This document shows positions 38,860-48,828 of a DNA stretch of 64,000 nt, piece by piece. The DNA comes from Candidatus Gottesmanbacteria bacterium (GTDB lineage Bacteria; Patescibacteriota; Microgenomatia; JAMCYU01): the NCBI GenBank assembly GCA_043801155.1, contig JAZDMI010000021.1, positions 66,683 through 130,682 of the forward strand, read 5' to 3'. The notes under the pieces were generated by a model. That model did no database searches. It saw only the letters and a list, made by a program, of their open reading frames with translations, and was not told the origin of the DNA. Each line of letters starts with the position of its first letter. Within the stretch, counting starts at the first letter, position 1. A program made the position numbers and the translations under genes.

Positions 38860-39660
38860 TTAGCGTAAACTCAACAGTTTGTCGGTTAGGGTATTTAAGG
38901 CTACTTGAACTAAAAACTCATCTCCTGAAGAAAATTCGCTTGTTGCAGTTTTCCAAAAACTATCATCAAACGCTCTTCCAACAAGTAGCGGAGTAGGTCT
39001 ATTCACAGTTTTCCCAACATTATTTCCAAAGATATAGTATTCTGTACTAATATCAGTAAACAATATTTGTCCTGCTTTTGGATATATCGAAAATATTTTT
39101 TCCATAGCAGCCCTTGTTTGTTTATCGGTTAGTCCACCTGTAATACCGGTAATTGAAAGTCTCGTGAATAAACCATCTGTTTCTTTAATTCCTAAAGCGT
39201 GTGCGATATCTGGCATATACCGTAATCCTTCTGGGGTAAATTGATCTAACTTTATTTTGTCAATTGGTAAAGGTGAAGATATCGGACCAGCCATGGCGCT
39301 CCTGGGGATATGTGTCAAACTTTTATTTGACTGGACAATTTGATAGATGCCCTCCTTGGCATAACCGATTTTATCTATTAAATCAAGAACATTTTGATTC
39401 TGTTCAATTAATCGGGGATAACACTTTACACTTTCCTCTCGAGGAACTACTTTAGACATAAAATCATGGCTAGAAGTCCACAGCAATGCTAGCCCATTGA
39501 CTTCATTTCTTATGGTTTCCCAACTATCGTCATTGAGAAGGTCCATCACCAAATGAGCAGAACATTCTAGTTCAGCCATCTCTTCCTTTTCTTTCTCTTG
39601 GGAAAGGAATCTTTCTACGGCTGTGATAAGTTCTAGATTATCATTCTCTGGATTTGACAT
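38860..39660 (-). CDS. hypothetical protein
   Basis: 266-aa ORF. No family recognised. Confidence 0.45.
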   Translation of the reverse strand: MSNPENDNLELITAVERFLSQEKEKEEMAELECSAHLVMDLLNDDSWETIRNEVNGLALLWTSSHDFMSKVVPREESVKCYPRLIEQNQNVLDLIDKIGYAKEGIYQIVQSNKSLTHIPRSAMAGPISSPLPIDKIKLDQFTPEGLRYMPDIAHALGIKETDGLFTRLSITGITGGLTDKQTRAAMEKIFSIYPKAGQILFTDISTEYYIFGNNVGKTVNRPTPLLVGRAFDDSFWKTATSEFSSGDEFLVQVALNTLTDKLLSLR

Positions 39661-39792
39661 AAAAAGGATATTAATTAAATATAACTAGAAAGTCAATTTT
39701 ATTTTTTAAATTTGACAATATTTAATTAATGCTTGTCCGAGTTTTTTCCGGGATGAAGGTAGGTTTGGAGAGCGTGTAGGGAGTATGAAAAT

Positions 39793-39984
39793 TTAAGAAG
39801 AAGGTGAATTAATCAATAATCTTCCGGTAAATATTAATCCTGTCAGCATCCAATACGCAAGGGCGATTAAGAATAATACAATTAGAAACTTAAAAAGAAC
39901 ATGTTTCATTGAGCCTAGATTTCCGAGGATTTTATATTTCCCTAACATTAAATATATTATTACACAAAACTTTATATGGCTCAA
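39793..39984 (-). CDS. possible small membrane protein (63 aa)
   Basis: Two hydrophobic helices. Sits in a 378-nt intergenic region. Weak evidence. Confidence 0.2.
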   Translation of the reverse strand: MSHIKFCVIIYLMLGKYKILGNLGSMKHVLFKFLIVLFLIALAYWMLTGLIFTGRLLINSPSS

Positions 39985-40038
39985 GGTTAGTGGGAACAGT
40001 AATTGATTTTATTCTCAAGGGGTGTTATAACTTATAAT

Positions 40039-40428
40039 ATGGCAAGAATTCTTCTAGTCGAAGATGATAAGGTTAACCGTGGTTTCTACGAAATGCTCCT
40101 GAAGCAAGAAGGACATACAGTTGAAATCGCCCTGAACGGTGAGGAAGGTTTATCGAAGATTCTTGAAGGCGGCTATGATTTGGTCTTATTAGATATTATT
40201 CTGCCTAAAAAGGATGGTCTGACGATCTTAAAAGAGTTAAAGAAGACTCCGCCTAAACAGCCTAATAAAAAAATAGTTATGCTTACCGCTATGGATCAGA
40301 ATGAGTTCATAAAAAGTGCGCTAAGTACAGGAGCGGATGGTTATTTAATGAAGGCAACGCTTAATCCAAACGATTTGCTGGGGGAGATTAGGGCTTTCCT
40401 TTCCCAGAATAATGTAAATCACCACTAA
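40039..40428 (+). CDS. stand-alone CheY-like receiver domain protein
   Basis: MARILLVEDD..., D box LVLLDIILPKKDG, K box. ATG 40039 preferred over the track start. Confidence 0.8.
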   Translation: MARILLVEDDKVNRGFYEMLLKQEGHTVEIALNGEEGLSKILEGGYDLVLLDIILPKKDGLTILKELKKTPPKQPNKKIVMLTAMDQNEFIKSALSTGADGYLMKATLNPNDLLGEIRAFLSQNNVNHH

Positions 40429-40430
40429 AA

Positions 40431-42587
40431 CTATTTTTGTTTAACCAAGGGTAGAGAAAATATAAAAGTACTGCCTTTACCCCACTGTGATTTTACCCAG
40501 ATTTTGCCTCCGTGTAAGATGACGATCTGTTTAGCAATATAAAGGCCTAAACCAGTTCCGGAAGTTCCATGAAGTTGGAAGTTATCAAGACGACTGAATT
40601 TTTGGAAAAGTTGTTCTTGGTCTATTTCGCCAATACCAGGCCCAGTATCGCTTACCTGCACCTCAGCCATGTTGCCATTTATCCTTGTATGTATAGTAAC
40701 CTTACCGCCTGAAGGAGTAAATTTTAAGGCGTTACCGAGCAAATTTTCTATGACTTCCATAATTTTTGTTTTATCAATATTGACCATTAATGGTTTATTC
40801 TCATGACTTATTGATAATTGAATACGGTCCTCATAAGCTTTAATTTTTAGTTCTTTATATATTTGATCAGCTATAGAAGACAAATCAAGAGTAATCATAT
40901 TAAAAATTAATCTTTTACTTTTAATCCTGGAAACGGTTAAGAGATCTTGGACTAAACGAATAAGTCTATCTGTTGACTGTAAAGCAATATCCAGATACTC
41001 TCTTACCTTTGTATCTAATGGTGTTGGTGATCTATATAGGGCCATCCACAGGTAGCTTTTGACAGCGATCATTGGTGTTGTAAGGTCGTGGGAAGCAACT
41101 GACAGAAATTCATCTTTAAGTTTATCCAGTTCTTTTAATTTCTCATTAGCGTTTTGCAAATCGTTAGTAGCGTGTTTAACTTCATTTTGAAGAATAGTGC
41201 TAAACCGGCGAATTTCTTCATAAGCTAGGGAATTTTGGATCGCAATTGCCATTTGGGGAATTAAGATCTCAAAAAATTGTAAGTCTTCAAGTGAATAAAT
41301 ATCGCCTGACTCTTTTTCGCCAAGGATTAATAAACCAAGGGTTTCCTGTTTAACGATTAACGGTAAAATCAGATTAAAATTATTATGCCTTAAGATTTCT
41401 TTGATTTCTCCCTCTTCGATTTCTTCGATAACTATTAATTTACCGCCGTTTTTAGAAAAATTTACCAACCGGTCAATTTCCTGTTCGTCAAATTCCGGTG
41501 TCATTTTATAGCCGATTGTTTTTACCCAGGTAATATGTTTATCTTTAATTAATAAAAGCGAGCCCTGGGAAATTTTGACTTGTGAAAAAAGCTCGCTTAA
41601 AAGATTAGATGATAAATCTTCTAAGGAAATATAAGAAGCCATAATCCGTCCGAGTTTTCCTAAAAGCAGTTGCGCGTCATAATGGTTCTGATAAAAAATC
41701 CGGTCAGTCAATTTCTCTAATATATGCAGTAATGGTTGAAAGGTGAAAGCCACGATTAGAGCTAAGATTGTTGAAATCCAAAGTTCGGCAGTTGAAGTAT
41801 TGCCGATAAATAAATTGCCTAAGATAAAAAATCCGGCCGCATAAAAAACACCAATAATAAGAATCAATAATGAATAAGCTACACTCCGGGCTACGACTAA
41901 ACGAATATCCATGAGTCGGTGTTTAATAATCGCATAAGAGGTGAAGCCAACTAAAAAGGTGGCCGCAATTGGACTAAACCAAATAAATTGGGAGTTTTTT
42001 AGTAAAACCGGGAAAACAACATCAAGGATAATGGGGATTAAAGAGAAGAAAAACGCTCCAAAAAAAAGATAGCGTAATTGTGCCTTAGCCAATCCTCGTT
42101 CTCTTTTATAACTACGAAAAAAATTAAGTGTTGCCCATACAGCAAAAAATGAAATTATTAAACCATAGACTGGATAAACCGGTCCAAGTATTTGACGATG
42201 ACCCCATGTTTCAGCAACGACATCAACAAGAAATAACCTAGTGAAAATAATAATATAAGCAAAAGGAGTGGTGAAAAGACAATAAATAAATACTGGTAAA
42301 AGAAGCGACCGGGTCGTTTTCTGGGGAAAGATAAAAGAAAAAAAGAAAAACGAGGCAATTGTCAAGATGACGATTATATAGACAAATTTTAACCAACTGT
42401 AACTTGAGAGGTAAAAAGGATTTTCGTAAAAAAAGAGTCCTATTGCCCAAATAGCAGAGAAGCCCGCTAATAAAGAAAAGGTAATATTAACAGAATTATT
42501 ACGGCTTCTATTATAGACTAATAAGCCTAAGAATAAATTACAAATAATACCTATCCAAACAATAATGCCTAGGGCAAGATTAATCAC
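40431..42587 (-). CDS. sensor histidine kinase with 7TM-type N-terminal membrane domain and GAF domain
   Basis: About 8 TM, GAF-like region, H-box ASHDLTTPM, HATPase_c (GTGLGLYIAK). Confidence 0.85.
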   Translation of the reverse strand: MINLALGIIVWIGIICNLFLGLLVYNRSRNNSVNITFSLLAGFSAIWAIGLFFYENPFYLSSYSWLKFVYIIVILTIASFFFFSFIFPQKTTRSLLLPVFIYCLFTTPFAYIIIFTRLFLVDVVAETWGHRQILGPVYPVYGLIISFFAVWATLNFFRSYKRERGLAKAQLRYLFFGAFFFSLIPIILDVVFPVLLKNSQFIWFSPIAATFLVGFTSYAIIKHRLMDIRLVVARSVAYSLLILIIGVFYAAGFFILGNLFIGNTSTAELWISTILALIVAFTFQPLLHILEKLTDRIFYQNHYDAQLLLGKLGRIMASYISLEDLSSNLLSELFSQVKISQGSLLLIKDKHITWVKTIGYKMTPEFDEQEIDRLVNFSKNGGKLIVIEEIEEGEIKEILRHNNFNLILPLIVKQETLGLLILGEKESGDIYSLEDLQFFEILIPQMAIAIQNSLAYEEIRRFSTILQNEVKHATNDLQNANEKLKELDKLKDEFLSVASHDLTTPMIAVKSYLWMALYRSPTPLDTKVREYLDIALQSTDRLIRLVQDLLTVSRIKSKRLIFNMITLDLSSIADQIYKELKIKAYEDRIQLSISHENKPLMVNIDKTKIMEVIENLLGNALKFTPSGGKVTIHTRINGNMAEVQVSDTGPGIGEIDQEQLFQKFSRLDNFQLHGTSGTGLGLYIAKQIVILHGGKIWVKSQWGKGSTFIFSLPLVKQK

Positions 42588-42606
42588 AATTGTTTTTTCC
42601 CACCTA

Positions 42607-43482
42607 TTATTCTTTTACGGCGAATACCTGTTTCATCTTAGGGGTCCAGATAATAACGTGCTCTTTAGCTAGATGCGCTGTAAACTGGGACATATCGCTT
42701 TGGAATTCTTCGGTAGATATAATTCCCATTTGAATCATACCCTGTCCCACTCTTTGCAATAGCTGAATGTGGGATCCCTTAAACTCTGGATGTCCTTCGC
42801 TACTAACTGAATATTCCCACGGTCTTTGCGTATCCGGTTGTCGAATTTTTAATCCTGCGTTTTTGCAAAGTGCTTCCAAACAACTGGCCATATCTTCTGG
42901 CATTTCTGTTCTTTTATACATTAACCCAAATTTTGCTCTTAAGTTTTGAAAAGCCGGACACGTCGGTTCAAGTTGCCAGGTAGGATCAATATTGAAAAAA
43001 TCTTCAAAAAGACATGCTCCTCCCGGTTTTAATACTTGTACACAGTGTTCCATTATGGAAGATTGTTTGTTTGGATGAATGTGTTGCCAGAGAACCCGAG
43101 CGGCAATCAAGTCAACCGAAGACGGATCTATATACTTTTCTAAATTTGCCACGTCATCTCCTATAAGTCTGACGTTACCATTAGGACTAAATTGTCGTCG
43201 GGCAACCTCAAGCATCTGCGGGTTTTGGTCAACCCCGATGATTTCTGCCGCGTCCATTTTTTGGTAGATTGAAATTTCTGTTCCTGGTCCCATCCCCATG
43301 ATAACTACTTTTTTCCCAGTTAGATTCAAACCTACTTCTTTTAAGACTGCTTCTGTATGGGGATTAAAAAGATCCGCAAAAGTAAGTAGTCTTGCTGCCT
43401 CTTTTTGAACACTGTCTAAAGTGGTGTCTTTTACACCTAAATAGGTCGGCGGTTGAGAAGACTTTTGTTCTTCCTTTCCCAT
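42607..43482 (-). CDS. class I SAM-dependent methyltransferase
   Basis: Motif I VVIMGMGPGTE. 20 nt upstream of the histidine kinase on the same strand. Confidence 0.75.
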   Translation of the reverse strand: MGKEEQKSSQPPTYLGVKDTTLDSVQKEAARLLTFADLFNPHTEAVLKEVGLNLTGKKVVIMGMGPGTEISIYQKMDAAEIIGVDQNPQMLEVARRQFSPNGNVRLIGDDVANLEKYIDPSSVDLIAARVLWQHIHPNKQSSIMEHCVQVLKPGGACLFEDFFNIDPTWQLEPTCPAFQNLRAKFGLMYKRTEMPEDMASCLEALCKNAGLKIRQPDTQRPWEYSVSSEGHPEFKGSHIQLLQRVGQGMIQMGIISTEEFQSDMSQFTAHLAKEHVIIWTPKMKQVFAVKE

Positions 43483-43605
43483 TTTTCCTCCTTACTGGAC
43501 AAATGTCTTATTGTTACCAATTTATAGATTTATCGTGAAAAAAGCAAGAGGGTGAAGTTTTAATTTTAGCTCCTTTTCAAATTTTAGTTCCTGATTTATA
43601 TCTGT

Positions 43606-43786
43606 TATTAAAAGCTTCAAAAAAACCGTCGACTGTGTTGACGGATGAATTGAAGCTGTAAGCTTCCGCCTAGCGGAAGCTTTAACTTGCTTTATCCTTC
43701 TTCCGCTAAAGCGGAATTCGGTAAAGCGTTATAAAACATCTTCCCTTAAGGGCGTTAGCTTTAGACTTTTGTCTAAAGAAGATGTT
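43606..43786 (-). ncRNA. candidate structured RNA / 3'-UTR element with overlapping alternative hairpins (strand inferred)
   Basis: Hairpins aagcttccgc-cta-gcggaagctt, ttccgc-taaa-gcggaa, ctttagac-tttt-gtctaaag nested in aacatcttc...gaagatgtt. The motifs aagctt and cttccgc recur and can pair alternatively. Confidence 0.3.
43618..43643 (-). terminator. intrinsic terminator (minus strand)
   Basis: Plus strand shows aaaaaaa + ccgtcgactgtgttgacgg. On the minus strand this is a hairpin followed by TTTTTTT. Confidence 0.55.
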
Positions 43787-43871
43787 ATTATTTAATTAAT
43801 ACTGATAAGAGTTTTTTCTAGGGTATCCCAAAATATATATAAATTGTAGAATAATTTTTTAATAAATAAAT

Positions 43872-44279
43872 TTACCAAGACGAAGACCGGGGATCAATAA
43901 AATTTCTTAAGAAGACTAATATTAAAAAAAGTATGATGGGTATTATTAATATAAAGATATTTAATCTAATTAACTTATCATAATTTATGCAATGGATTCT
44001 ATCTTTTACAATCTTCATAAAACCAAAGAGATAAATTAAGGGTATAAGAAGAAAAATTAAAGAAGCAGTTGTATCTAACAGATTTCCCAAAGTATATGTA
44101 TAACTTTGATTAATTATTATCCATCGTCCAAGACCAGTAAGTACCCATAATAAGAACAGCAATCCATAAGAAAAACGAACTCTAATAATTAAAGAGAAGA
44201 AAAACAATAGCAATAATATTGCAATAAATATTAATAAAAATTGTAAGATATCTAGAATAATTGATTTTAAAGAAGGCAT
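43872..44279 (-). CDS. hypothetical small membrane protein
   Basis: 135 aa with 4 TM. Confidence 0.45.
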   Translation of the reverse strand: MPSLKSIILDILQFLLIFIAILLLLFFFSLIIRVRFSYGLLFLLWVLTGLGRWIIINQSYTYTLGNLLDTTASLIFLLIPLIYLFGFMKIVKDRIHCINYDKLIRLNIFILIIPIILFLILVFLRNFIDPRSSSW

Positions 44280-44367
44280 ATATCGAAATTTCTATAATTA
44301 ATTTTACCAATTAATTTTAATCAATTCAAATTTTAATCTTACATATTTATCTGTTATTATTAATTCA

Positions 44368-45906
44368 ATGCTTGCAAAAGTTTTCTCCGGAGCGACGGTA
44401 GGATTGGAATCAGTCCCTATTGAAGTCGAAGTCGATGTTGCTAGTCAAGGTCTTCCTAGTCTAACTATAGTTGGTCTTCCGGACAAGGCAGTCGAGGAAG
44501 CAAAGGAAAGAGTTAGAAGTGCGATAAAAAACTCCGGTGCTGATTTTCCTCCTAAACGAATTACTATTAATTTAGCTCCGGCTGACTTACCCAAAGAAGG
44601 ACCGGGTTTTGACTTACCGATTGCTTTGGGAATTCTAATGGCTTCCGGTCAGTTAAATGCGGATATAAGCAAAACCTTGGTTTTGGGTGAGCTTTCGCTT
44701 GATGGATCTCTTCGCCATACAAACGGCGTATTACCTTTAGCAATTTTAGCTAAAGACAAGAAATTCAAAAATTTATTCTTACCGGCAATTAATGCTCGGG
44801 AAGCAGCTGTAATAAATAGCATTAATATATATCCGGTTAACTCACTTCTGCAATTATTTAATCACTTAATGGGCAATGAAGAAATAAAACTTCAATCTCA
44901 TATTTCCTTTGCCAAATTGAGAAGCCAGTATTTAGCAGAATTTGATTTTTGCGATATTAAAGGCCAAGAACATATAAAGAGGGCTTTGGAAGTGGCTGCC
45001 GCCGGCGGCCATAATGTTTTTATGCGTGGCGTTCCAGGTGCCGGGAAAACGATGTTATCCCGAGCATTACCGGGAATTCTTCCGGACTTAACCGAACAAG
45101 AAGCTTTGGAAGTAACCAAAATATATTCGATCACCGGTAATTTGCCGGCAGGGGAATCAATTATCAAAACCCGTCCTTTCCGAGCTCCTCATCATACGAC
45201 TTCCAGAAATGGTTTAATCGGCGGAGGTACTCACCCGGCCCCCGGAGAAATTTCTTTAGCTCACCGGGGAATTTTATTTTTGGATGAGTTTCCTGAATTT
45301 CCTAGGTCAGTACTGGAAGCATTAAGACAACCGATGGAAGATGGTTTAGTTACGATTTCCCGCGCCGCCGGACAAGTAATTTTTCCGGCTAAATTTCTTT
45401 TAGTGGCTGCCTCAAATCCATGTCCTTGCGGATATTTAGGCGATCCAGTTAAACCATGTATTTGTTTACCTGGTAGAGTTATTCAATACCAAAAAAGGAT
45501 TTCCGGACCAATTATTGATAGAATTGATATTCATTTAGACGTACCGGCGGTGAAAGTAGACAAGTTAGCAGTAAATGGAGAGAGAATAGCTGATAGTGAA
45601 GATTCGAAAACAATCAAAAAACGGGTACAAAAAGCCAGAGACATACAAATAAAGAGATTTAAAAAGATAAATATTTTCAGTAATGCCGAGATGTCTTCAA
45701 AAGATGTTAAAGAATTTTGCCAGCTATCAACTGATTGTTTAAATTTATTACGGCAGGCGGTTGTCCAAATGAATTTATCAGCCAGGAGTTATTATCGTAT
45801 TATTAAAGTCGCTAGAACAATTGCCGATTTATCCGGCGAAGAAAAAATCAATCCAAGTCATATAGCCGAAGCTTTACAGTATCGGCCTAAAGACCAAAAT
45901 ATATAA
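44368..45906 (+). CDS. comM: YifB/ComM-family Mg-chelatase-like AAA+ ATPase
   Basis: N-terminal Lon-like ChlI domain, Walker A GVPGAGKTM, Walker B LFLDEFPEF, C-terminal Mg_chelatase_C. Confidence 0.88.
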   Translation: MLAKVFSGATVGLESVPIEVEVDVASQGLPSLTIVGLPDKAVEEAKERVRSAIKNSGADFPPKRITINLAPADLPKEGPGFDLPIALGILMASGQLNADISKTLVLGELSLDGSLRHTNGVLPLAILAKDKKFKNLFLPAINAREAAVINSINIYPVNSLLQLFNHLMGNEEIKLQSHISFAKLRSQYLAEFDFCDIKGQEHIKRALEVAAAGGHNVFMRGVPGAGKTMLSRALPGILPDLTEQEALEVTKIYSITGNLPAGESIIKTRPFRAPHHTTSRNGLIGGGTHPAPGEISLAHRGILFLDEFPEFPRSVLEALRQPMEDGLVTISRAAGQVIFPAKFLLVAASNPCPCGYLGDPVKPCICLPGRVIQYQKRISGPIIDRIDIHLDVPAVKVDKLAVNGERIADSEDSKTIKKRVQKARDIQIKRFKKINIFSNAEMSSKDVKEFCQLSTDCLNLLRQAVVQMNLSARSYYRIIKVARTIADLSGEEKINPSHIAEALQYRPKDQNI

Positions 45907-45954
45907 AATGATACCTTAATATATGATATATTAATATATCATATACAAGTAGAT

Positions 45955-46818
45955 ATGAATATTCAGATAGGAATAATTGCTGGGTTAGTCTGCATGTTAA
46001 GTTGGGGAACAGCTGATTTTTTTGCTGTCATTGCCTCAAGAAAAATTGGTCATTTAAAAACTTTATTTTGGGTATATTCAATTGCCGTTATTCTAGGTTT
46101 AATTTATTCTTTATTTAATCCCCAAAATCTTAATATCTCAATTAATGGATTAATTATTCTTATATTAGTTGGTTTCTTACAAGCAACGGCGTTAATGTTT
46201 TTTTATAAAGGATTAGAAATTGGTACAGTTTCTGTTGTTAGTCCAATTGCATCATCGTACTCATTAATAGTCGTTTTACTCGGACTATTAATTTTAAAAG
46301 AACAGTTAAATTTAACTCAAATAATTTCTATCAGTTTAATTATTGTTGGGGTTCCTTTAGTTTCTATCAATATAAGTGAAATTAAAAAAATAGGGAATAA
46401 AATTTTTAAAAAGGGAACGAAAGAAAGTTTTATTGCCATGATATCTTGGGGATTCTCATATTTTTTTCTGGCTCCAGTTATCAAAGAAAATAGTTGGTTT
46501 TGGGCGACGATAATCTCTATGATTTTTATAATTCTCTTTTTATTTATATATGGAATAGTTTTTAAGATAAACTTTTTTAAAGATATTCAAAACGCAATAT
46601 TTCCTATTTTTTCCGACGGGCTATGTACTATTGTTGGTTACCTTGCATATTCCTATGGAGTATTGTATTCACTAGTCTCATTAGTAACTCCGATCTCAAC
46701 AATTTTTCCGGTGGTTACTATTATTTTGGCTATTATTTTCTTTAAGGAAAAATTATTCTGGAATCAAGTATTTGGAATTGCCTGTATTATTGGAGGATTA
46801 GTCTTGTTAAGTATATGA
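45955..46818 (+). CDS. EamA/DMT-family transporter
   Basis: 287 aa. 10 TM in two 5-TM EamA repeats. Confidence 0.75.
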   Translation: MNIQIGIIAGLVCMLSWGTADFFAVIASRKIGHLKTLFWVYSIAVILGLIYSLFNPQNLNISINGLIILILVGFLQATALMFFYKGLEIGTVSVVSPIASSYSLIVVLLGLLILKEQLNLTQIISISLIIVGVPLVSINISEIKKIGNKIFKKGTKESFIAMISWGFSYFFLAPVIKENSWFWATIISMIFIILFLFIYGIVFKINFFKDIQNAIFPIFSDGLCTIVGYLAYSYGVLYSLVSLVTPISTIFPVVTIILAIIFFKEKLFWNQVFGIACIIGGLVLLSI

Positions 46819-47240
46819 TACTTTCTTTTACTAAAAAAATTCCTTGGCAAGTTTCGTTTTTTATTCCTCTTTTCATTTACTCAATATTCTTTTTAGCTAT
46901 ATTTAATACTCGATGTATGATTGATTGGCTTACGGGGGCTTCGGCATTTTGTGAAGCCGGGAAAATATTAATGTATATTTATTTCGGGTTATTTTTAATC
47001 TCACATTTTTTAATCATTTCTTTAGTATTGTTTAAAAATAGAAAATATTTAAAGAACAGTGATAAAAAAATAAAATTAAATGATAGTATATTTGTTCTGG
47101 CAATGGCTTTTGTGATGTTGCCTATATACTTTATTGCTTGGCTTTCATTTTATAATTCGTTTTCAGTTATTTTTAGTATTTTGGGTCCGACTGGGTTCTT
47201 TATCGGATTTTTATTTTCAAATATTATTAATAGTTTTTAA
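46815..47240 (+). CDS. hypothetical membrane protein
   Basis: 141 aa with 4 TM. ATGA-coupled to the EamA gene. Confidence 0.45.
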   Translation: MILSFTKKIPWQVSFFIPLFIYSIFFLAIFNTRCMIDWLTGASAFCEAGKILMYIYFGLFLISHFLIISLVLFKNRKYLKNSDKKIKLNDSIFVLAMAFVMLPIYFIAWLSFYNSFSVIFSILGPTGFFIGFLFSNIINSF

Positions 47241-47297
47241 CATTGCTAAATAAATAGGGTAGTGTGCAAACTTGATATAAATCATTGACGCAAAATT

Positions 47298-47621
47298 ATG
47301 AGTAAAATTATTTTTAAATTTGCTTCCGAATTAACAGTCAATGAAATCAGAGAAATAAATTTAGCAACTCGACGAGAATTCCAAGAACCCTTTACAAAAG
47401 CAGTCAAGCACGAAGCCCAAAAACGTATATTTTTTTTATTAAAAGATAAAAATGGCCATATGATATCTATGGGACTGTTGGTGACCATTGAACCTATTCA
47501 GTTTATAGGGCAGGCGTTTTCCATACTCGGCATAGGAGGTATAGTTTCAAATGATCGTTTAATAGAGAAAGTTTTTACAAATCCATCAGAAGAAATTATT
47601 TTACCAGGACTAGCAAATTAG
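47298..47621 (+). CDS. hypothetical protein, short GNAT-like acetyltransferase fold fragment
   Basis: 107 aa. The ...ILGIGGIVSN segment resembles GNAT motif A. Weak. Confidence 0.4.
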   Translation: MSKIIFKFASELTVNEIREINLATRREFQEPFTKAVKHEAQKRIFFLLKDKNGHMISMGLLVTIEPIQFIGQAFSILGIGGIVSNDRLIEKVFTNPSEEIILPGLAN

Positions 47622-47635
47622 TAGTTTGAAGTCCT

Positions 47636-47685
47636 AAAACCCGATCTTAAGAAACGCCTATTGGCGAAACCAAGATCGGGTTTTT
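47636..47685. terminator. bidirectional intrinsic terminator
   Basis: aaaacccgatctt...aagatcgggttttt. A-run and T-run flank a 12-bp stem. Confidence 0.6.
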
Positions 47686-47720
47686 AAATTTCTATAATAG
47701 AAATTCGTCAGCTGACGAAT

Positions 47721-47864
47721 TTAGGCTGCACCAATCTTATACATTCCGGTGCCACAAACTGGACATTTTCCCTTCAATGCTGGTTTACCGTTTTTCATTG
47801 TGACTGGTTGAGCATTGGGATCATCTCTTTTTGCACGACACTTTACACAATACATTGTTGCCAT
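47721..47864 (-). CDS. zinc-ribbon micro-protein (DUF5679-like), 47 aa
   Basis: Hand-translated MATMYCVKCRAKRDDPNAQPVTMKNGKPALKGKCPVCGTGMYKIGAA. CxxC...CxxC. Strong RBS GGAGGTG 8 nt upstream. Palindromic terminator aaattcgtcagctgacgaattt at the stop. Confidence 0.7.
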   Translation of the reverse strand: MATMYCVKCRAKRDDPNAQPVTMKNGKPALKGKCPVCGTGMYKIGAA

Positions 47865-47929
47865 ATTCTTAATTCACCTCCTTTTATATGGGATAAAACC
47901 TAAAGGTTTTTTCCCAACGATTTTCCCTA

Positions 47930-48234
47930 TTAACGTAAGAGCCAATATACTACAAGTTCAAAACCGATTGCAAGTCCGGCTAATAAAAATGTTTTTCTTA
48001 AGTCTTTAATAATATACGAAGTTGATTGATGGTTGATCGGTTGCGGCGGTGTGTATGTACGATTAATCGATGGCAGATGGTAATTAGTCGTAAGTTTGTC
48101 TTCAGTATATGTCTTTCCCGTTTCACTTAATATAATCGTAGAATTTTCCTGGCTTGGCTGATTTAACTCTAATTTACGTCGTAGTTCAGTAATAATTTTT
48201 TCCTTTTTCGTTTTTTTAGGCATGAGCAAGGTAT
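47930..48234 (-). CDS. hypothetical C-terminally membrane-anchored protein
   Basis: Start set at ATG 48234 (MPKKTKKEK...). C-terminal TM. Possibly leaderless (TATACC 7 nt upstream). Confidence 0.4.
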
Positions 48235-48334
48235 AGCACAGATTGAAGCTGGAAGTCAAGAGAAGTTTAATCAACCCTGAAGTATCCGAAGGGTTGACAA
48301 AATTTTTATAAATACATACAATGGTTGAGCAACG

Positions 48335-48802
48335 ATGGTGTTCAATATTAGTCAGCCGATAATTTTTATAATGGGATTAATTTTTATTTGGCTGCTATTT
48401 ATTTCAATTATTCTTTTTCGTTCGATAAGGCGTTATAATAATTTAACCAAAGGATCAAACGATAAAACACTTGGCGAAATACTAGAAAAAATTCTGGCTA
48501 ATCAGGATGATTTTGATAAAAAAATTAATGCGATAGACAAAAAAATTGAGAAACAAAGACTAGAGAATTTAAATAATATTCAAAGAGTCGGACTATTACG
48601 TTTTAATCCTTTTGAAGATGTTGGCGGAGATCAAAGTTTTGTTTTAGCAATGTTAAATGGGAAGAACGATGGTATTATACTAACTTCACTTCATAGTCGG
48701 ACCGGTAATCGTTGGTATGGCAAGACTATCAAGGAAGGAAAAGGCTTAGAACACGATTTATCAAACGAAGAAACACAGGCGGTTCAACAAGCCCAGCATT
48801 AA
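48335..48802 (+). CDS. DUF4446-family protein
   Basis: N-terminal TM, then ...RVGLLRFNPFEDVGGDQSFVLAMLNGKNDGIILTSLHSR... Confidence 0.55.
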   Translation: MVFNISQPIIFIMGLIFIWLLFISIILFRSIRRYNNLTKGSNDKTLGEILEKILANQDDFDKKINAIDKKIEKQRLENLNNIQRVGLLRFNPFEDVGGDQSFVLAMLNGKNDGIILTSLHSRTGNRWYGKTIKEGKGLEHDLSNEETQAVQQAQH

Positions 48803-48828
48803 ACGATTATTTTTTAAAGGAGAATAAT

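Noticed and set aside
42158-42450. Two minus-strand ORFs (66 and 70 aa)
   Set aside because: Alternative frames inside the 7TM-GAF histidine kinase gene.
47622-47640. Possible readthrough of the TAG stop of the GNAT-like gene at 47619-47621
   Set aside because: The downstream frame hits further stops within a few codons, and a terminator hairpin follows.
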